A stretch of 39,048 nt of DNA from a virus (lineage: Duplodnaviria > Caudoviricetes). A program made the translations under genes and the position numbers. The stretch is taken from positions 1 through 39,048 of IMG/VR virus record IMGVR_UViG_3300032373_000045; one strand, given 5' to 3'. The notes below the pieces were generated by a model that saw only the letters and a list, made by a program, of their open reading frames with translations, made no database searches and was not told where the DNA came from. Shown in pieces: positions 1 to 9,295 of this stretch (positions are counted from its first letter, which is position 1; every line of letters starts with the position of its first letter).

Positions 1-139
1 GGCTTTTATAATTACATGGTGACAGGATGAGTTTAATTGAGAAGCTGATAGACCCTATATCTACAATACTAGATAAAGTAGTTCCTGATGCTGACACAAA
101 AGCTAAACTAGCGCATGAGATAGCAACCCTAGCCGATAC
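1..139. repeat. Terminal direct repeat, left copy (circular/assembly overlap)
   Basis: Bases 1-139 match 38910-39048 except T13 vs G38922. Confidence 0.97.
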
Positions 140-434
140 ACAGTCACATGAAGAGATAATGGCAGGGATAGATCAAGCAAAGGCTGTTATAGTTGCAGAG
201 GCTAATTCAGATAGTTGGATAGCTAAGAACTGGCGGCCTTTAACCATGCTAGTATTCACATTTATTGTCGCAAATAACTATATTTTATATCCTTACCTAT
301 CATTGTTTTGGGCTGATGCTCCTGAATTAGAATTGCCTGTTTACCTATGGGATTTACTGAAAATAGGCTTGGGTGGTTATGTAGTAGGCCGAAGCGCAGA
401 GAAGGTAGCAACTAACTGGAAAGCTAATGGATGA
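27..434 (+). CDS. Holin (3TM/GTA-type holin family)
   Basis: Motifs EANSDSWIAKNWRP and LGGYVVGRSAEK plus hydrophobic helices; follows the endolysin across the circular junction with an ATGA overlap. Confidence 0.8.
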   Translation: MSLIEKLIDPISTILDKVVPDADTKAKLAHEIATLADTQSHEEIMAGIDQAKAVIVAEANSDSWIAKNWRPLTMLVFTFIVANNYILYPYLSLFWADAPELELPVYLWDLLKIGLGGYVVGRSAEKVATNWKANG

Positions 435-630
435 GCCTTTTGATTTAATGATTCTGCCGAAGAATTTGCAAGACAGCCCTGTAGCTCTTTACATGGCTAT
501 ATTAGGTATATGTCCTCAAGACTGGTTGCCTGAGCAAGTATCAGAATTGTATGAATCTATAATGGCAGAGTACGAGGAAGCTACAGTCAGTCCTTTAACT
601 GTAGTTCCTAATAATAAAGAAGAGCATTAA
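427..630 (+). CDS. Hypothetical protein
   Basis: 67-aa ORF overlapping the holin stop. Confidence 0.6.
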   Translation: MDEPFDLMILPKNLQDSPVALYMAILGICPQDWLPEQVSELYESIMAEYEEATVSPLTVVPNNKEEH

Positions 631-767
631 AGACCTGTTCTTACATAGGAATGAAGCTCTGCACTCCACCATATGTTTATATCTTTTTTATGCTTTCTTA
701 AATACTTTTTCCTTTTAGTGGATATAATTCTGATTTCTTTAGCTCTTAACCTTTCTAAGTCTGTCAT
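627..767 (-). CDS. Small basic hypothetical protein (46 aa, MTDLERLRAKE...)
   Basis: Hand-translated; GGAGA RBS upstream; last gene of an antisense cassette; not in the ORF track. Confidence 0.55.
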   Translation of the reverse strand: MTDLERLRAKEIRIISTKRKKYLRKHKKDINIWWSAELHSYVRTGL

Positions 768-780
768 AATTTCAATCTCC

Positions 781-900
781 TTAAACTGGTAACGAGTTAA
801 TCCAACTAATCGCCATATAGCTAAACAACGAGGCTAGTAGCAAGAAGCTGAGAAACGCAAAGAACGCTTCTGATAATCTATTTTTAATTGGCTGTTTCAT
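781..900 (-). CDS. Small single-TM membrane protein (39 aa, MKQPIKNRLSEAFFAFLSFLLLASLFSYMAISWINSLPV)
   Basis: Hand-translated; starts 2 nt after the stop of 903..1229; one hydrophobic helix. Confidence 0.55.
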   Translation of the reverse strand: MKQPIKNRLSEAFFAFLSFLLLASLFSYMAISWINSLPV

Positions 901-902
901 AG

Positions 903-1229
903 TTATATCCTGTTTGGGTTCATACTTTCTTCACCAAGAAGCTGGCTTATCTCACTATTAAAGCAATCAAGAAGCTCTTTCGGTTTTTTGTTCGATGTCA
1001 TTAGTTTTATCCATTCTTTATGGCCTTTTTGTGCGGCATCTTTTGAGTCATAAGACTGAACTATTACCATTTCCCCGTTGTTGTAGTCTTTATGCTTTAC
1101 CGCAGTTTCGTAGGGGTGAGACCCATCATTAACGAAAGCTGTAGAAACAAAAAGGCCATCTTTATTGTGAGGCTCAATAACCTTTCTATCTTCGTAGCTG
1201 TTTTGCATGTATAAAAAGTCTAAAATCAT
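903..1229 (-). CDS. Hypothetical protein (first gene of antisense cassette)
   Basis: 108-aa ORF with an AAGGAG RBS. Confidence 0.75.
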   Translation of the reverse strand: MILDFLYMQNSYEDRKVIEPHNKDGLFVSTAFVNDGSHPYETAVKHKDYNNGEMVIVQSYDSKDAAQKGHKEWIKLMTSNKKPKELLDCFNSEISQLLGEESMNPNRI

Positions 1230-1243
1230 AGTCCTACTCCTTA

Positions 1244-1273
1244 TTAATTAACTTTAATTAACTTTATTTAACT
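1244..1273. repeat. 3 x 10-bp tandem repeat (TTAATTAACT, TTAATTAACT, TTATTTAACT)
   Basis: Read directly; lies in the 5' leader of the antisense cassette. Confidence 0.75.
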
Positions 1274-1283
1274 TCTAAGTAAG

Positions 1284-1311
1284 ATTATAAGGGTTTGTTA
1301 TGGTAATGCAA
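1284..1311 (-). promoter_or_regulatory. Sigma70-like promoter for the antisense cassette
   Basis: Minus strand TTGCAT-N16-TATAAT with an AT-rich upstream tract. Confidence 0.6.
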
Positions 1312-1365
1312 GCTTTTATTTCAATTAATTCAATTTATTTTATCAAACTCTCTCAGAGGCTACAA

Positions 1366-1668
1366 ATGAGTAAGAATAACTATTACTACCATGAGACAGG
1401 AACAGCTACTACAGGCGGTGCAACCACTGTTGGCTTTCCTACTATCAACTCAATAAGAAAGATCAAGCACATTCAAATAGATGCTCCTGATGCTAATGCT
1501 ATATCAGTAGAGACATTAGTAGAGGGTCAGTCTACCTATGTTACCCAAGCCAGCTTAACAGCCGAGACAGCTATATTAGATATGTCTAATGTTGCTAGTC
1601 TAAAGCTAACAGCAAGCGGTGGTAGTGCTACTTATGCAGTAACAGCATATGAAAGCGATAACATATAG
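1366..1668 (+). CDS. Hypothetical protein, Thr/Ala/Ser-rich, possibly virion-associated
   Basis: ATG 1366 with a GAGG RBS is preferred over 1300, which overlaps the promoter. Confidence 0.6.
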   Translation: MSKNNYYYHETGTATTGGATTVGFPTINSIRKIKHIQIDAPDANAISVETLVEGQSTYVTQASLTAETAILDMSNVASLKLTASGGSATYAVTAYESDNI

Positions 1669-1836
1669 ATGAGCAAAGGTTATACACAAAGACCCACGCC
1701 TAAAGATAAGCAGAAGCAAGCAGATGCTAATTGGGCTGCGTTTATGAAACAAGCAAAACTTAGTCAACCTAAACAGGAACTAAAAGAAGATGGCAAGACC
1801 AACGAAGTACAACGAAGAAATACTAGCTCTCGCTAA
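1669..1836 (+). CDS. Small hypothetical protein (55 aa, MSKGYTQRPTP...)
   Basis: Hand-translated; abuts the upstream stop and overlaps the terS start. Confidence 0.5.
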   Translation: MSKGYTQRPTPKDKQKQADANWAAFMKQAKLSQPKQELKEDGKTNEVQRRNTSSR

Positions 1837-2143
1837 AGATTACTTAGCGAATTATAAAGCACAAGGTGATGCAGTCCCAACAGTTGCGGGTCTTTCGTTA
1901 GTGCTAGGCGTTACTAAAGCCACTATATATGATTGGGGTAGTCAAGAGGATAAGGCTGAGTTTTCATACACGTTAAGGGACATACAAGCCAAACAAGAGT
2001 CAGAACTGCTAAATGGTGGGCTTTCAGGCGGCTTCAATAGCGTTATAACTAAGCTAATGTTAAGTAATCACGGCTATAGCGACAAGTCTACTATTGAACA
2101 ACACACCTACTCACATGAAGAAGCTTTAGATGAGCTTGATTAA
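1790..2143 (+). CDS. terS: Terminase small subunit
   Basis: MARPTKY start, HTH-like PTVAGLSLVLGVTKATIYDW, position before terL. Confidence 0.85.
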   Translation: MARPTKYNEEILALAKDYLANYKAQGDAVPTVAGLSLVLGVTKATIYDWGSQEDKAEFSYTLRDIQAKQESELLNGGLSGGFNSVITKLMLSNHGYSDKSTIEQHTYSHEEALDELD

Positions 2144-2167
2144 AAAGCTTACAAGTCAGGTGAGAGT

Positions 2168-3703
2168 ATGTCTAAGACAAACTTAACTAAAGATAGGTTA
2201 GCTAAACGCCAAAAGCTTAAAGATGACTTTATCTATTATGCTGATAACTGTTTAAAGATAAGAACTAAGGCGGGTAAGGTTGAGGACTTTGTACTTAATA
2301 AAGCCCAGCTCTATATACATGAACGTATAGAGGAGCAGTTAGCTAACACTGGTAAGGTTAGAGCGTTAATCTTAAAGGGTAGACAGCAAGGCGTATCGAC
2401 ATACACTGAAGGCAGATACTACTGGAAAACCTCTCACCGTAGAGGCGTTAGAGCGTTCATACTTACACATGAGCAACAAGCAACAGACAACCTGTTTGAT
2501 ATGGTACAGAGATACCATGAGCATTGTCTCCCTGCTGTTAAGCCTTCTACTGATGCGGCAAGCGCTAAAGAGTTATCCTTTGGTAGACTAGACTCAGGCT
2601 ATAAGGTTGGTACTGCTGGCTCTAAGGGAGTAGGTAGATCAAGCACAATACAATATTTTCATGGGTCAGAGGTAGCATTCTGGCCTAATGCAGAGACTCA
2701 TGCTGTAGGTATCATGCAGGCGATACCAGACCAAGACGATACAGAGTCTATATTAGAGTCAACAGCTAATGGGTTAGGTAACTTCTTCCACGTTCAATGG
2801 AAAGCAGCCGAAGCAGGGAAGGGTGATTACATTGCTATCTTTGTTCCTTGGTTCTGGCAAGACGAATACCGTAAGAACTTACCTAAAGGCTTTACTCTTA
2901 CAGCAGAAGAGACTGACTTAAAGAAGCTCTACAAGATAGACAACAAACAAATCTTCTGGAGAAGAAACAAGATAGTTGAGCTTAGTGCTGGTGGTGTCAA
3001 TGGAGAGACACAGTTTAAGCAAGAGTATCCGATGAACGCAGCCGAGGCATTCCAGATGTCAGGTGTTGATACCCTGATTACTCCTGAGATGGTTATGAGA
3101 GCTAGAACAACTAGGGTAGAGAACACAGGTCATAAGATTATGGGTGTTGACCCATCGTTAGGGGTGGATAGATTTACTCTAGTGATGAGGCAAGGCCGTA
3201 AGATATACAAACATGAAGGCTATGTAGGTGATGATGTAAACACACTACAGAAGAGAGCCGCTAAGTGTATCAAGATGTTAGACGAGGAGAAGCCAGATGC
3301 TTGCTTTATTGATGCAGGGTTTGGTGCTGACTTAGTTGATTACCTTAAAGAGCTAGGCTATGAAGGTATAAGGGCTATTAACTTTGGCTCTACTCCTAGA
3401 CGGGAAGATAAGTACGTTAACAAGAGGGCTGAGATGATTGGCACTTTTGCTGAATGGCTTAATGACGAGAATGTCCCTGTCGAGATACCAGACGATGATG
3501 AGTTTCATGCTGATATATGTGCGTGTCCTTACACCACAGATGCTCATAACAGAATACTGATCAAGAAGAAAACACTAATACGCAAAGAGTTTGGCTTCTC
3601 TCCTGACTACTTGGATGCTTCAGCTTTAACATTCGCTGCACCCGTTAGTAAGAAGAGTAAGAATAAGTCAATTAAAAAATATCCCCAATTGAGTATCGCT
3701 TAA
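2168..3703 (+). CDS. terL: Terminase large subunit
   Basis: Walker A LKGRQQGVST, Walker B-like FHGSEVAFW, ESTANG motif, nuclease motifs MGVDP and SPDYLDA. Confidence 0.95.
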   Translation: MSKTNLTKDRLAKRQKLKDDFIYYADNCLKIRTKAGKVEDFVLNKAQLYIHERIEEQLANTGKVRALILKGRQQGVSTYTEGRYYWKTSHRRGVRAFILTHEQQATDNLFDMVQRYHEHCLPAVKPSTDAASAKELSFGRLDSGYKVGTAGSKGVGRSSTIQYFHGSEVAFWPNAETHAVGIMQAIPDQDDTESILESTANGLGNFFHVQWKAAEAGKGDYIAIFVPWFWQDEYRKNLPKGFTLTAEETDLKKLYKIDNKQIFWRRNKIVELSAGGVNGETQFKQEYPMNAAEAFQMSGVDTLITPEMVMRARTTRVENTGHKIMGVDPSLGVDRFTLVMRQGRKIYKHEGYVGDDVNTLQKRAAKCIKMLDEEKPDACFIDAGFGADLVDYLKELGYEGIRAINFGSTPRREDKYVNKRAEMIGTFAEWLNDENVPVEIPDDDEFHADICACPYTTDAHNRILIKKKTLIRKEFGFSPDYLDASALTFAAPVSKKSKNKSIKKYPQLSIA

Positions 3704-3704
3704 T

Positions 3705-5786
3705 ATGTCAGACAAAGAAGATAAGATTTTACAGGTAGTGCTAACAGAGCGAGATGCTTCTATTGGCTACCGTGATGAGCTATCTGCTAAACGAGCTACA
3801 CTATTAGACTATTACAATGGTGAGCCTTACGGTGATGAAGTAGATGGACAGTCAAGCTATGTCTCTACAGATGTCTCTGATGTGGTTGAGGGTATGCTTC
3901 CTTCAATGCTTAGAGTATTCACACAAGGGCGTTATGTTGGGCGGTTTAATTCCGAGACAGCAGAACAGGAAGAAGAAGCTAACCAAAAGACTGAGCTAGT
4001 CAATCATATCTTCCTAAGACAGAACCAAGGCGTTCTAACGCTACACAACGCATTTAAAGACGCTTTACTACAATATGTAGGGGTTGTTAAGGTTTATTGG
4101 GATGAGGCTAAGACAGCCACTAAGGAGCGTTACAGTGGGCTATCACAGGCAGAGCTAACAGCACTAGAGGCTGACCCTGAAGTAAGAATAGATGAGGTTA
4201 ATGAGGGTGAGCAAGAGCTTGTCACTGATGCAGAAGGCGAAGTAGTAATGGGTAAGGTGTTTGCTGTTAAGGCAACACGCATTAAAGTTAATGGTCAGGT
4301 TAAGTATGAGAACATTCCCTCAGAGGAGTTTCTATTATCTAAGGAAGCTAGAGACTTTGTTAAGCCTAGATTCATAGGGCAAAAGACACGCAAAAGACGC
4401 TCTGAATTAATAGAGATGGACTTCGATAAAGATATAGTTGCTGGTCTACCCGCTTGGAATGCTGAAGATACAGAAGAGTCCTACAATAGAAACAAAGATA
4501 TTGAGAACGGTGTAGATGGTAATCCTACTGCTGACTCAAGTAATGATGAGATATGGATAACTGAAGGCTATGTCTTTATGGACTTAGACGGTGATGGTGT
4601 CTCTGAATACTATCAGGTCTTTGAAGCTGGTAATAAGCTACTTGAATACAATGCTATAGATGACCATCCCTTTGCTTGTGGAACTCCTGTCCCAATGCCT
4701 CACAGAGCTATAGGCACTTGTCCAGCAGAGCAAACGGCTGACCTACAGTTTACTAAATCAGTATTAGTTAGGCAGATGCTTAACAATATGTATCAAACGA
4801 ATTACTCAAGGATTGCATATAACTCAGATGTTGTAGACTTAGATGATCTATTAACGCTTAGAGCTGGTGGCGCTATCGGTGTTGAGGGTGGTGTTAGTGA
4901 TGCACTAATGCCTATCGTTACACAGCCTCAGATACAATCTATATTAGGTGGTATCGAGTACATGGATACGGCTAGAGAAACCCGTACAGGCTTAACTAGG
5001 CACACTCAAGGGTTGAACCCTGATACGTTACACGACACAGCTTCAGGCTTTAATGGTATGCGTGATGACGCAATGTTAAGGCAAGAGCTTATCACTCGTG
5101 TATTAGGTGAGACATTAGTTAAATCTATATTAGTTAAGACAGCTAGATTAATAACACATTACCAAGATGATGCTATGCAGATTAAAGTCACAGGTCATGT
5201 AATGGATATTGACCCTAGTGTATGGCGCTACGATTTAGATTGTTACATTGAGTTAGGTGGTGGAGATAGGCAAGAGAAGATACAGAATCTTAATTACATT
5301 CTTCAATTACAATCATCCTTTATGCAGACAGGCTCAGTATTAGCAGATCAAGCAAAGGTATATCACACACTCGATAGAATAATAACTGAAACTGGTTTGA
5401 AGTCTGTTGATACTTACTTTAACAACCCTGAATTACCTGAAGATGTAGCACAAGCAACGGTAGAGATATTAACTAAGCAAGTAGAGCAATTGACTCAGAT
5501 GACTCAACAGAACCCATTAGCTGAAGCTGAAATGGTTAGAGCGCAAGCCTCACTAGTTGAAGCACAAGGCAAGGGTAATATAGAGATGGCAAAGGAAGGC
5601 TCTAAGATGCATCAATTCATGGCTAAGTTAGACCAAAGCGACAGACAGTATTTTGCTGGTCTTGTTAAGGACTACACTAAACTAGAATTAGATGGCAACA
5701 AAGACATTGATGGCAATGGTCAAGTGGGCAATGTAGAGCAGAACTTTAGGTATGACCCTGCCTCTGGCAAGTTAGCTCTAGCCTAA
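3705..5786 (+). CDS. Portal protein
   Basis: 693 aa after terL; DYYNGE..., VSTDVSDVVE and DALLQYVGVVKVYWD motifs typical of podovirus portals. Confidence 0.9.
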   Translation: MSDKEDKILQVVLTERDASIGYRDELSAKRATLLDYYNGEPYGDEVDGQSSYVSTDVSDVVEGMLPSMLRVFTQGRYVGRFNSETAEQEEEANQKTELVNHIFLRQNQGVLTLHNAFKDALLQYVGVVKVYWDEAKTATKERYSGLSQAELTALEADPEVRIDEVNEGEQELVTDAEGEVVMGKVFAVKATRIKVNGQVKYENIPSEEFLLSKEARDFVKPRFIGQKTRKRRSELIEMDFDKDIVAGLPAWNAEDTEESYNRNKDIENGVDGNPTADSSNDEIWITEGYVFMDLDGDGVSEYYQVFEAGNKLLEYNAIDDHPFACGTPVPMPHRAIGTCPAEQTADLQFTKSVLVRQMLNNMYQTNYSRIAYNSDVVDLDDLLTLRAGGAIGVEGGVSDALMPIVTQPQIQSILGGIEYMDTARETRTGLTRHTQGLNPDTLHDTASGFNGMRDDAMLRQELITRVLGETLVKSILVKTARLITHYQDDAMQIKVTGHVMDIDPSVWRYDLDCYIELGGGDRQEKIQNLNYILQLQSSFMQTGSVLADQAKVYHTLDRIITETGLKSVDTYFNNPELPEDVAQATVEILTKQVEQLTQMTQQNPLAEAEMVRAQASLVEAQGKGNIEMAKEGSKMHQFMAKLDQSDRQYFAGLVKDYTKLELDGNKDIDGNGQVGNVEQNFRYDPASGKLALA

Positions 5787-7012
5787 TGCCTCAAATTCAA
5801 ATAGAAGGCTTTGGTAATATAGAAATACCTAATGAGTCAGAAGCTATTAACGCTATTAATGCTTTTCACGCTGACCCTAGCTCTGGTCAGTTTTATGACA
5901 CAGTACCTAGAACATTTAATAATGAATCTCAAAGAATTGAGCCTATAGCCCCGACTCTTAGAGATAAGATATTTAACCGAGCTATTGATTTCTTCCTTGA
6001 CCCTAATGATGACCCTATAGCACGACAGACAGCTATTCGCTATGCGAACAATGTCACACAGGTTTTAGACTTCACTGGTGTTGGTGATGCTATGGATGCT
6101 TCAGAGGCTATGCAAGCCTTTGGTGATGGTGATTATTTAGATGGAGCTATTCTTACAGGTGTAGCAGCTTTAGGCATTGTTCCTGTTATTGGTGATGTCG
6201 GGCAGAAGGCATTAAGAAGCCCAAGCGTACAGAATGCAGCAAGAGAAGTTAGGCAGAAATTAAACGTATGGCATGGTTCTCCGCACAAGTTTGACCGCTT
6301 TGATTTATCGAAGATTGGAACGGGTGAAGGAGCACAGGCTTATGGGCATGGATTGTATTTTGCTGACTCTCCAGATGTCGCGAAATCATATCAGCCGAGG
6401 TCTTATGATGCTGAAGATTTAATGATGCAGAGGTATAAGGCAGCAGAAGGTATAGAAGATTATGAGGCTATGGAAGTTTGGGAATCTGCTATGCAGCATG
6501 AGACGCCTTCAGAGATAATAAACAGATATTCCCCTGAAGAGTACGGAGATGAGTTCGCAGCAAAAGCAAAAGCCATTGCTGAGGAACTAAATACTTTCCC
6601 AGCAGAAGGCGGTATTTACAACGTAGACCTAGACGTAGACCCTAACACTATGCTTGATTGGGATGCGCCTTTGAGCGAGCAGAGTGAGGGGGTTCAAGGA
6701 ATGTACATAGATATAATGAAGCCGACTCAGGAGGATAATGATTTACTTTCTGCTTTATTTGAAGGGGCTTCAGAGCAAGAATTGGCAATGATAGATAACG
6801 CCCCTAGCTATATGGAGACTATGGATGGGAGGGCATTTTATGGCAGCCTAAAAGAGAAGCTAGGCTCTGATGTTGACGCTAGTAGCTATCTTAGAGAAAG
6901 GGGTGTTTCAGGCATACGCTACCTAGATGGGACAAGCAGAAGCGCAGGAGAAGGAACAAGAAACTACGTTATATTTGATGACAGTTTAGCGAATATTAAA
7001 TCAGTAGAGTAG
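5786..7012 (+). CDS. Putative virion-associated effector with a C-terminal ADP-ribosyltransferase-like (ART-PolyVal-like) domain
   Basis: WHGSPH...GTGEGAQAYGHGLYFA...GIRYLDG...NYVIFD motifs, preceded by a pre-toxin-like LDFTGVGD...GIVPVIGD segment. Confidence 0.65.
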   Translation: MPQIQIEGFGNIEIPNESEAINAINAFHADPSSGQFYDTVPRTFNNESQRIEPIAPTLRDKIFNRAIDFFLDPNDDPIARQTAIRYANNVTQVLDFTGVGDAMDASEAMQAFGDGDYLDGAILTGVAALGIVPVIGDVGQKALRSPSVQNAAREVRQKLNVWHGSPHKFDRFDLSKIGTGEGAQAYGHGLYFADSPDVAKSYQPRSYDAEDLMMQRYKAAEGIEDYEAMEVWESAMQHETPSEIINRYSPEEYGDEFAAKAKAIAEELNTFPAEGGIYNVDLDVDPNTMLDWDAPLSEQSEGVQGMYIDIMKPTQEDNDLLSALFEGASEQELAMIDNAPSYMETMDGRAFYGSLKEKLGSDVDASSYLRERGVSGIRYLDGTSRSAGEGTRNYVIFDDSLANIKSVE

Positions 7013-7020
7013 GAGGATAT

Positions 7021-7311
7021 ATGAGTGAAGTTGACTGGAATAAAGATGTCAATCGCGCACAAGAAGCGAAAAGAATATTAAGTAGCCCGTTAGTTATAGA
7101 TGCTTTCAAAGGAATGAGAGCAGATATATATGCGGCTATAGAAGAATCTAAGTCAGGTAATGAAGCGGCTAGAGAACAAGCCTATTACCAGCTAAGAGCA
7201 ATCAAGTCTTTTGAAGGCCAATTCAAGAGAGTCATTGAGAAGGGTAAGAAGTCTGCCAACCTATTGGAGCAAGCTGCCCGCAAGATTAAAAGATTGGTCG
7301 AACATAATTAA
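7021..7311 (+). CDS. Small helical head-module protein
   Basis: GGAGG RBS; lies between the portal region and the scaffold. Confidence 0.75.
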   Translation: MSEVDWNKDVNRAQEAKRILSSPLVIDAFKGMRADIYAAIEESKSGNEAAREQAYYQLRAIKSFEGQFKRVIEKGKKSANLLEQAARKIKRLVEHN

Positions 7312-7325
7312 ACGGAGGCCAACTC

Positions 7326-8249
7326 GTGAGAGAGCCAACAATACAAGACCGTGTACGCGCGGCAATTAGTCCAGAGAGCGAAACGCCAACTCAAGACGCA
7401 CCAGAAGTGGTGGAAACTACTACCGACAACCCAGAGCCAGTTAATGAAGCTCCAGAGATTGTTACTGAAGATGCTGTTGAGGTAGAGCATGAAACTTCGG
7501 AGGCTCAAGAAGCCCAACCAGAAGTAGAAACGCCCACTTATACAGTAAAGGTTAACGGTGAAGAACAAGATGTGACCATTGATGACTTAACAAAGTCTTA
7601 TATGATGGAATCTGACTACCGTAAGAAAACCAGTGAGCTATCTAAAGAAAGAGAAGCCTTTGCAGAAAAGCTAACTAAGTTCGATGAGTCTATTCAAGAC
7701 GCAGAGCTTATACTACAGCTAGATGCAGATGACTTGAACTCTGAGGAAAACTTACAACTAAAAAGCTATGATGCAGCAAAGTATTATGAGCTGAAAGAAA
7801 AGGTCGATGCAAAAGCAAGTAAGGTAGCGAAGCTCAAACAAGAAAGAGCCAATCGTTTAAATGAACAGAGTCAAAACCGTATCCAACGTGAGATGGAGAT
7901 GATTCCACAGGTAATCCCTGAGTGGTTAGATGATGCCGCAGCTAAGAAGGACTTAGAGTTAATCAATAAGTCTTGGCAAAAGCTAGGTTTCACTAATGAT
8001 GACTTAGGAGTATTCACTGACCATCGTTTAATTGCCTTATCACGCAAAGCAGCCCTTTACGATCAGATTGTAAATGCAAAGCCAGCGTCAAAAATAATAA
8101 CTGATAAGCCTAAGAATGCTACAGCAGGAAATCAGACAACTAAAGTGGACGTGCAAGCTGGTAAGAATAAAGACTTGCATAAGAAGCTGAAGAAATCTGG
8201 AAGAATGTCAGACGCTCAAGAGCTTATCGCCAAGCGTATAGGTAGATAA
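7326..8249 (+). CDS. Capsid scaffolding protein
   Basis: Acidic N-terminus, YTVKVNGEEQDVTIDDL..Y...DY.KKT motif, coiled coil, basic C-terminus; precedes the MCP. Confidence 0.88.
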   Translation: MREPTIQDRVRAAISPESETPTQDAPEVVETTTDNPEPVNEAPEIVTEDAVEVEHETSEAQEAQPEVETPTYTVKVNGEEQDVTIDDLTKSYMMESDYRKKTSELSKEREAFAEKLTKFDESIQDAELILQLDADDLNSEENLQLKSYDAAKYYELKEKVDAKASKVAKLKQERANRLNEQSQNRIQREMEMIPQVIPEWLDDAAAKKDLELINKSWQKLGFTNDDLGVFTDHRLIALSRKAALYDQIVNAKPASKIITDKPKNATAGNQTTKVDVQAGKNKDLHKKLKKSGRMSDAQELIAKRIGR

Positions 8250-8251
8250 AA

Positions 8252-9214
8252 ATGACAGTCCCAACAAATACAGTAACGGCTCATGTAGCCATAGGTAACA
8301 GGGAGGATTTAAGTGATGTAATTTATGACATCTCTCCTCTTGAAACTCCGTTCATCTCGAACGCATCACAAGGTAACGCAACAGGTGTTTACCATGAATG
8401 GCAGACAGACGCACTAGAGGCGGCTGGAACTAACAGACAGATTGAAGGCGATGACGCAACGGCTAACACCCATGTGCCTACAGTTCGCCCCGGCAACTAT
8501 TGCCAAATCTCACGCAAGGTTGTATCAGTGTCTCGTACACAGCGCACAGTTAATAGTGCTGGTCGAGGTGATGAGCTATCTTATCAAATTAGTAAGCGTG
8601 GTAAAGAGCTAAAGCGAGATATGGAATATGCAGTAACTCGTAACCAAGCATCTACTGCTGGTGGTGCTGGTACAGCCCGATCTCTAGCTTCTTTAGAGTC
8701 TTGGATTGCTACTAACAAAACCTCAGTTGGTACAGGTACAGCTCAGACTACTCCGGGTTATTCTTCTGGCACTGTTGCAGCACCTACGGATTCAACCGTA
8801 TTAGGCGCTATTACAGAAGCATCTTTGAAAGATGTTATCCAGCAAGTATGGACTCAGGGCGGTGACGCTACAATGGTTATGGTTGGAGCTACAACTAAAC
8901 AGGCTATCTCAGGCTTTAGTGGCATTGCTACTCAATACCGAGACAATCCTCAAGTTGGTCAAGCTGTGATTATCGGAGCTGCTGATGTTTACGTTAGTGA
9001 CTTTGGTTCGCACATGATTGTTCCTAACAGGTTCTCTCGTGATGAAACTGCTTTAGTATTAGACTTAGATCACCTAAGTGTTGACTTCTTAGACAACATG
9101 GTGCGTGACCCTCTAGCTAAGACAGGCGATAGCGAGAAAGAGCTATTAACTTGTGAGTACACTTTACGAGTAGGCAATGAACTTGCTTGCGGTAAGGTAA
9201 CTGACATAAGCTAA
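8252..9214 (+). CDS. Major capsid protein (DUF5309/SU10-like)
   Basis: GNREDLSDVIYDISP.ETPF, HEWQTDAL, KELKRDME and LAKTGDSEK motifs. Confidence 0.92.
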   Translation: MTVPTNTVTAHVAIGNREDLSDVIYDISPLETPFISNASQGNATGVYHEWQTDALEAAGTNRQIEGDDATANTHVPTVRPGNYCQISRKVVSVSRTQRTVNSAGRGDELSYQISKRGKELKRDMEYAVTRNQASTAGGAGTARSLASLESWIATNKTSVGTGTAQTTPGYSSGTVAAPTDSTVLGAITEASLKDVIQQVWTQGGDATMVMVGATTKQAISGFSGIATQYRDNPQVGQAVIIGAADVYVSDFGSHMIVPNRFSRDETALVLDLDHLSVDFLDNMVRDPLAKTGDSEKELLTCEYTLRVGNELACGKVTDIS

Positions 9215-9245
9215 TCATGCACTCCTCCTGCAATGATGGGAAGAA

Positions 9246-9283
9246 CCTCTCACCTCTTAATTGGGGTGAGGGGCAATTCTTTT
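9246..9283 (+). terminator. Hairpin after the MCP (weak terminator or mRNA stabiliser)
   Basis: CCTCTCACCTC-TTAATT-GGGGTGAGGGG, an 11-bp stem with 2 G:U pairs, followed by CAATTCTTTT. Confidence 0.6.
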
Positions 9284-9295
9284 ACGGAGAATAGA

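Noticed and set aside
7021-7311. Immunity protein for the upstream ART-like protein
   Set aside because: Its sequence and position fit the small helical gene commonly found before the scaffold in this head module; no positive evidence for immunity.
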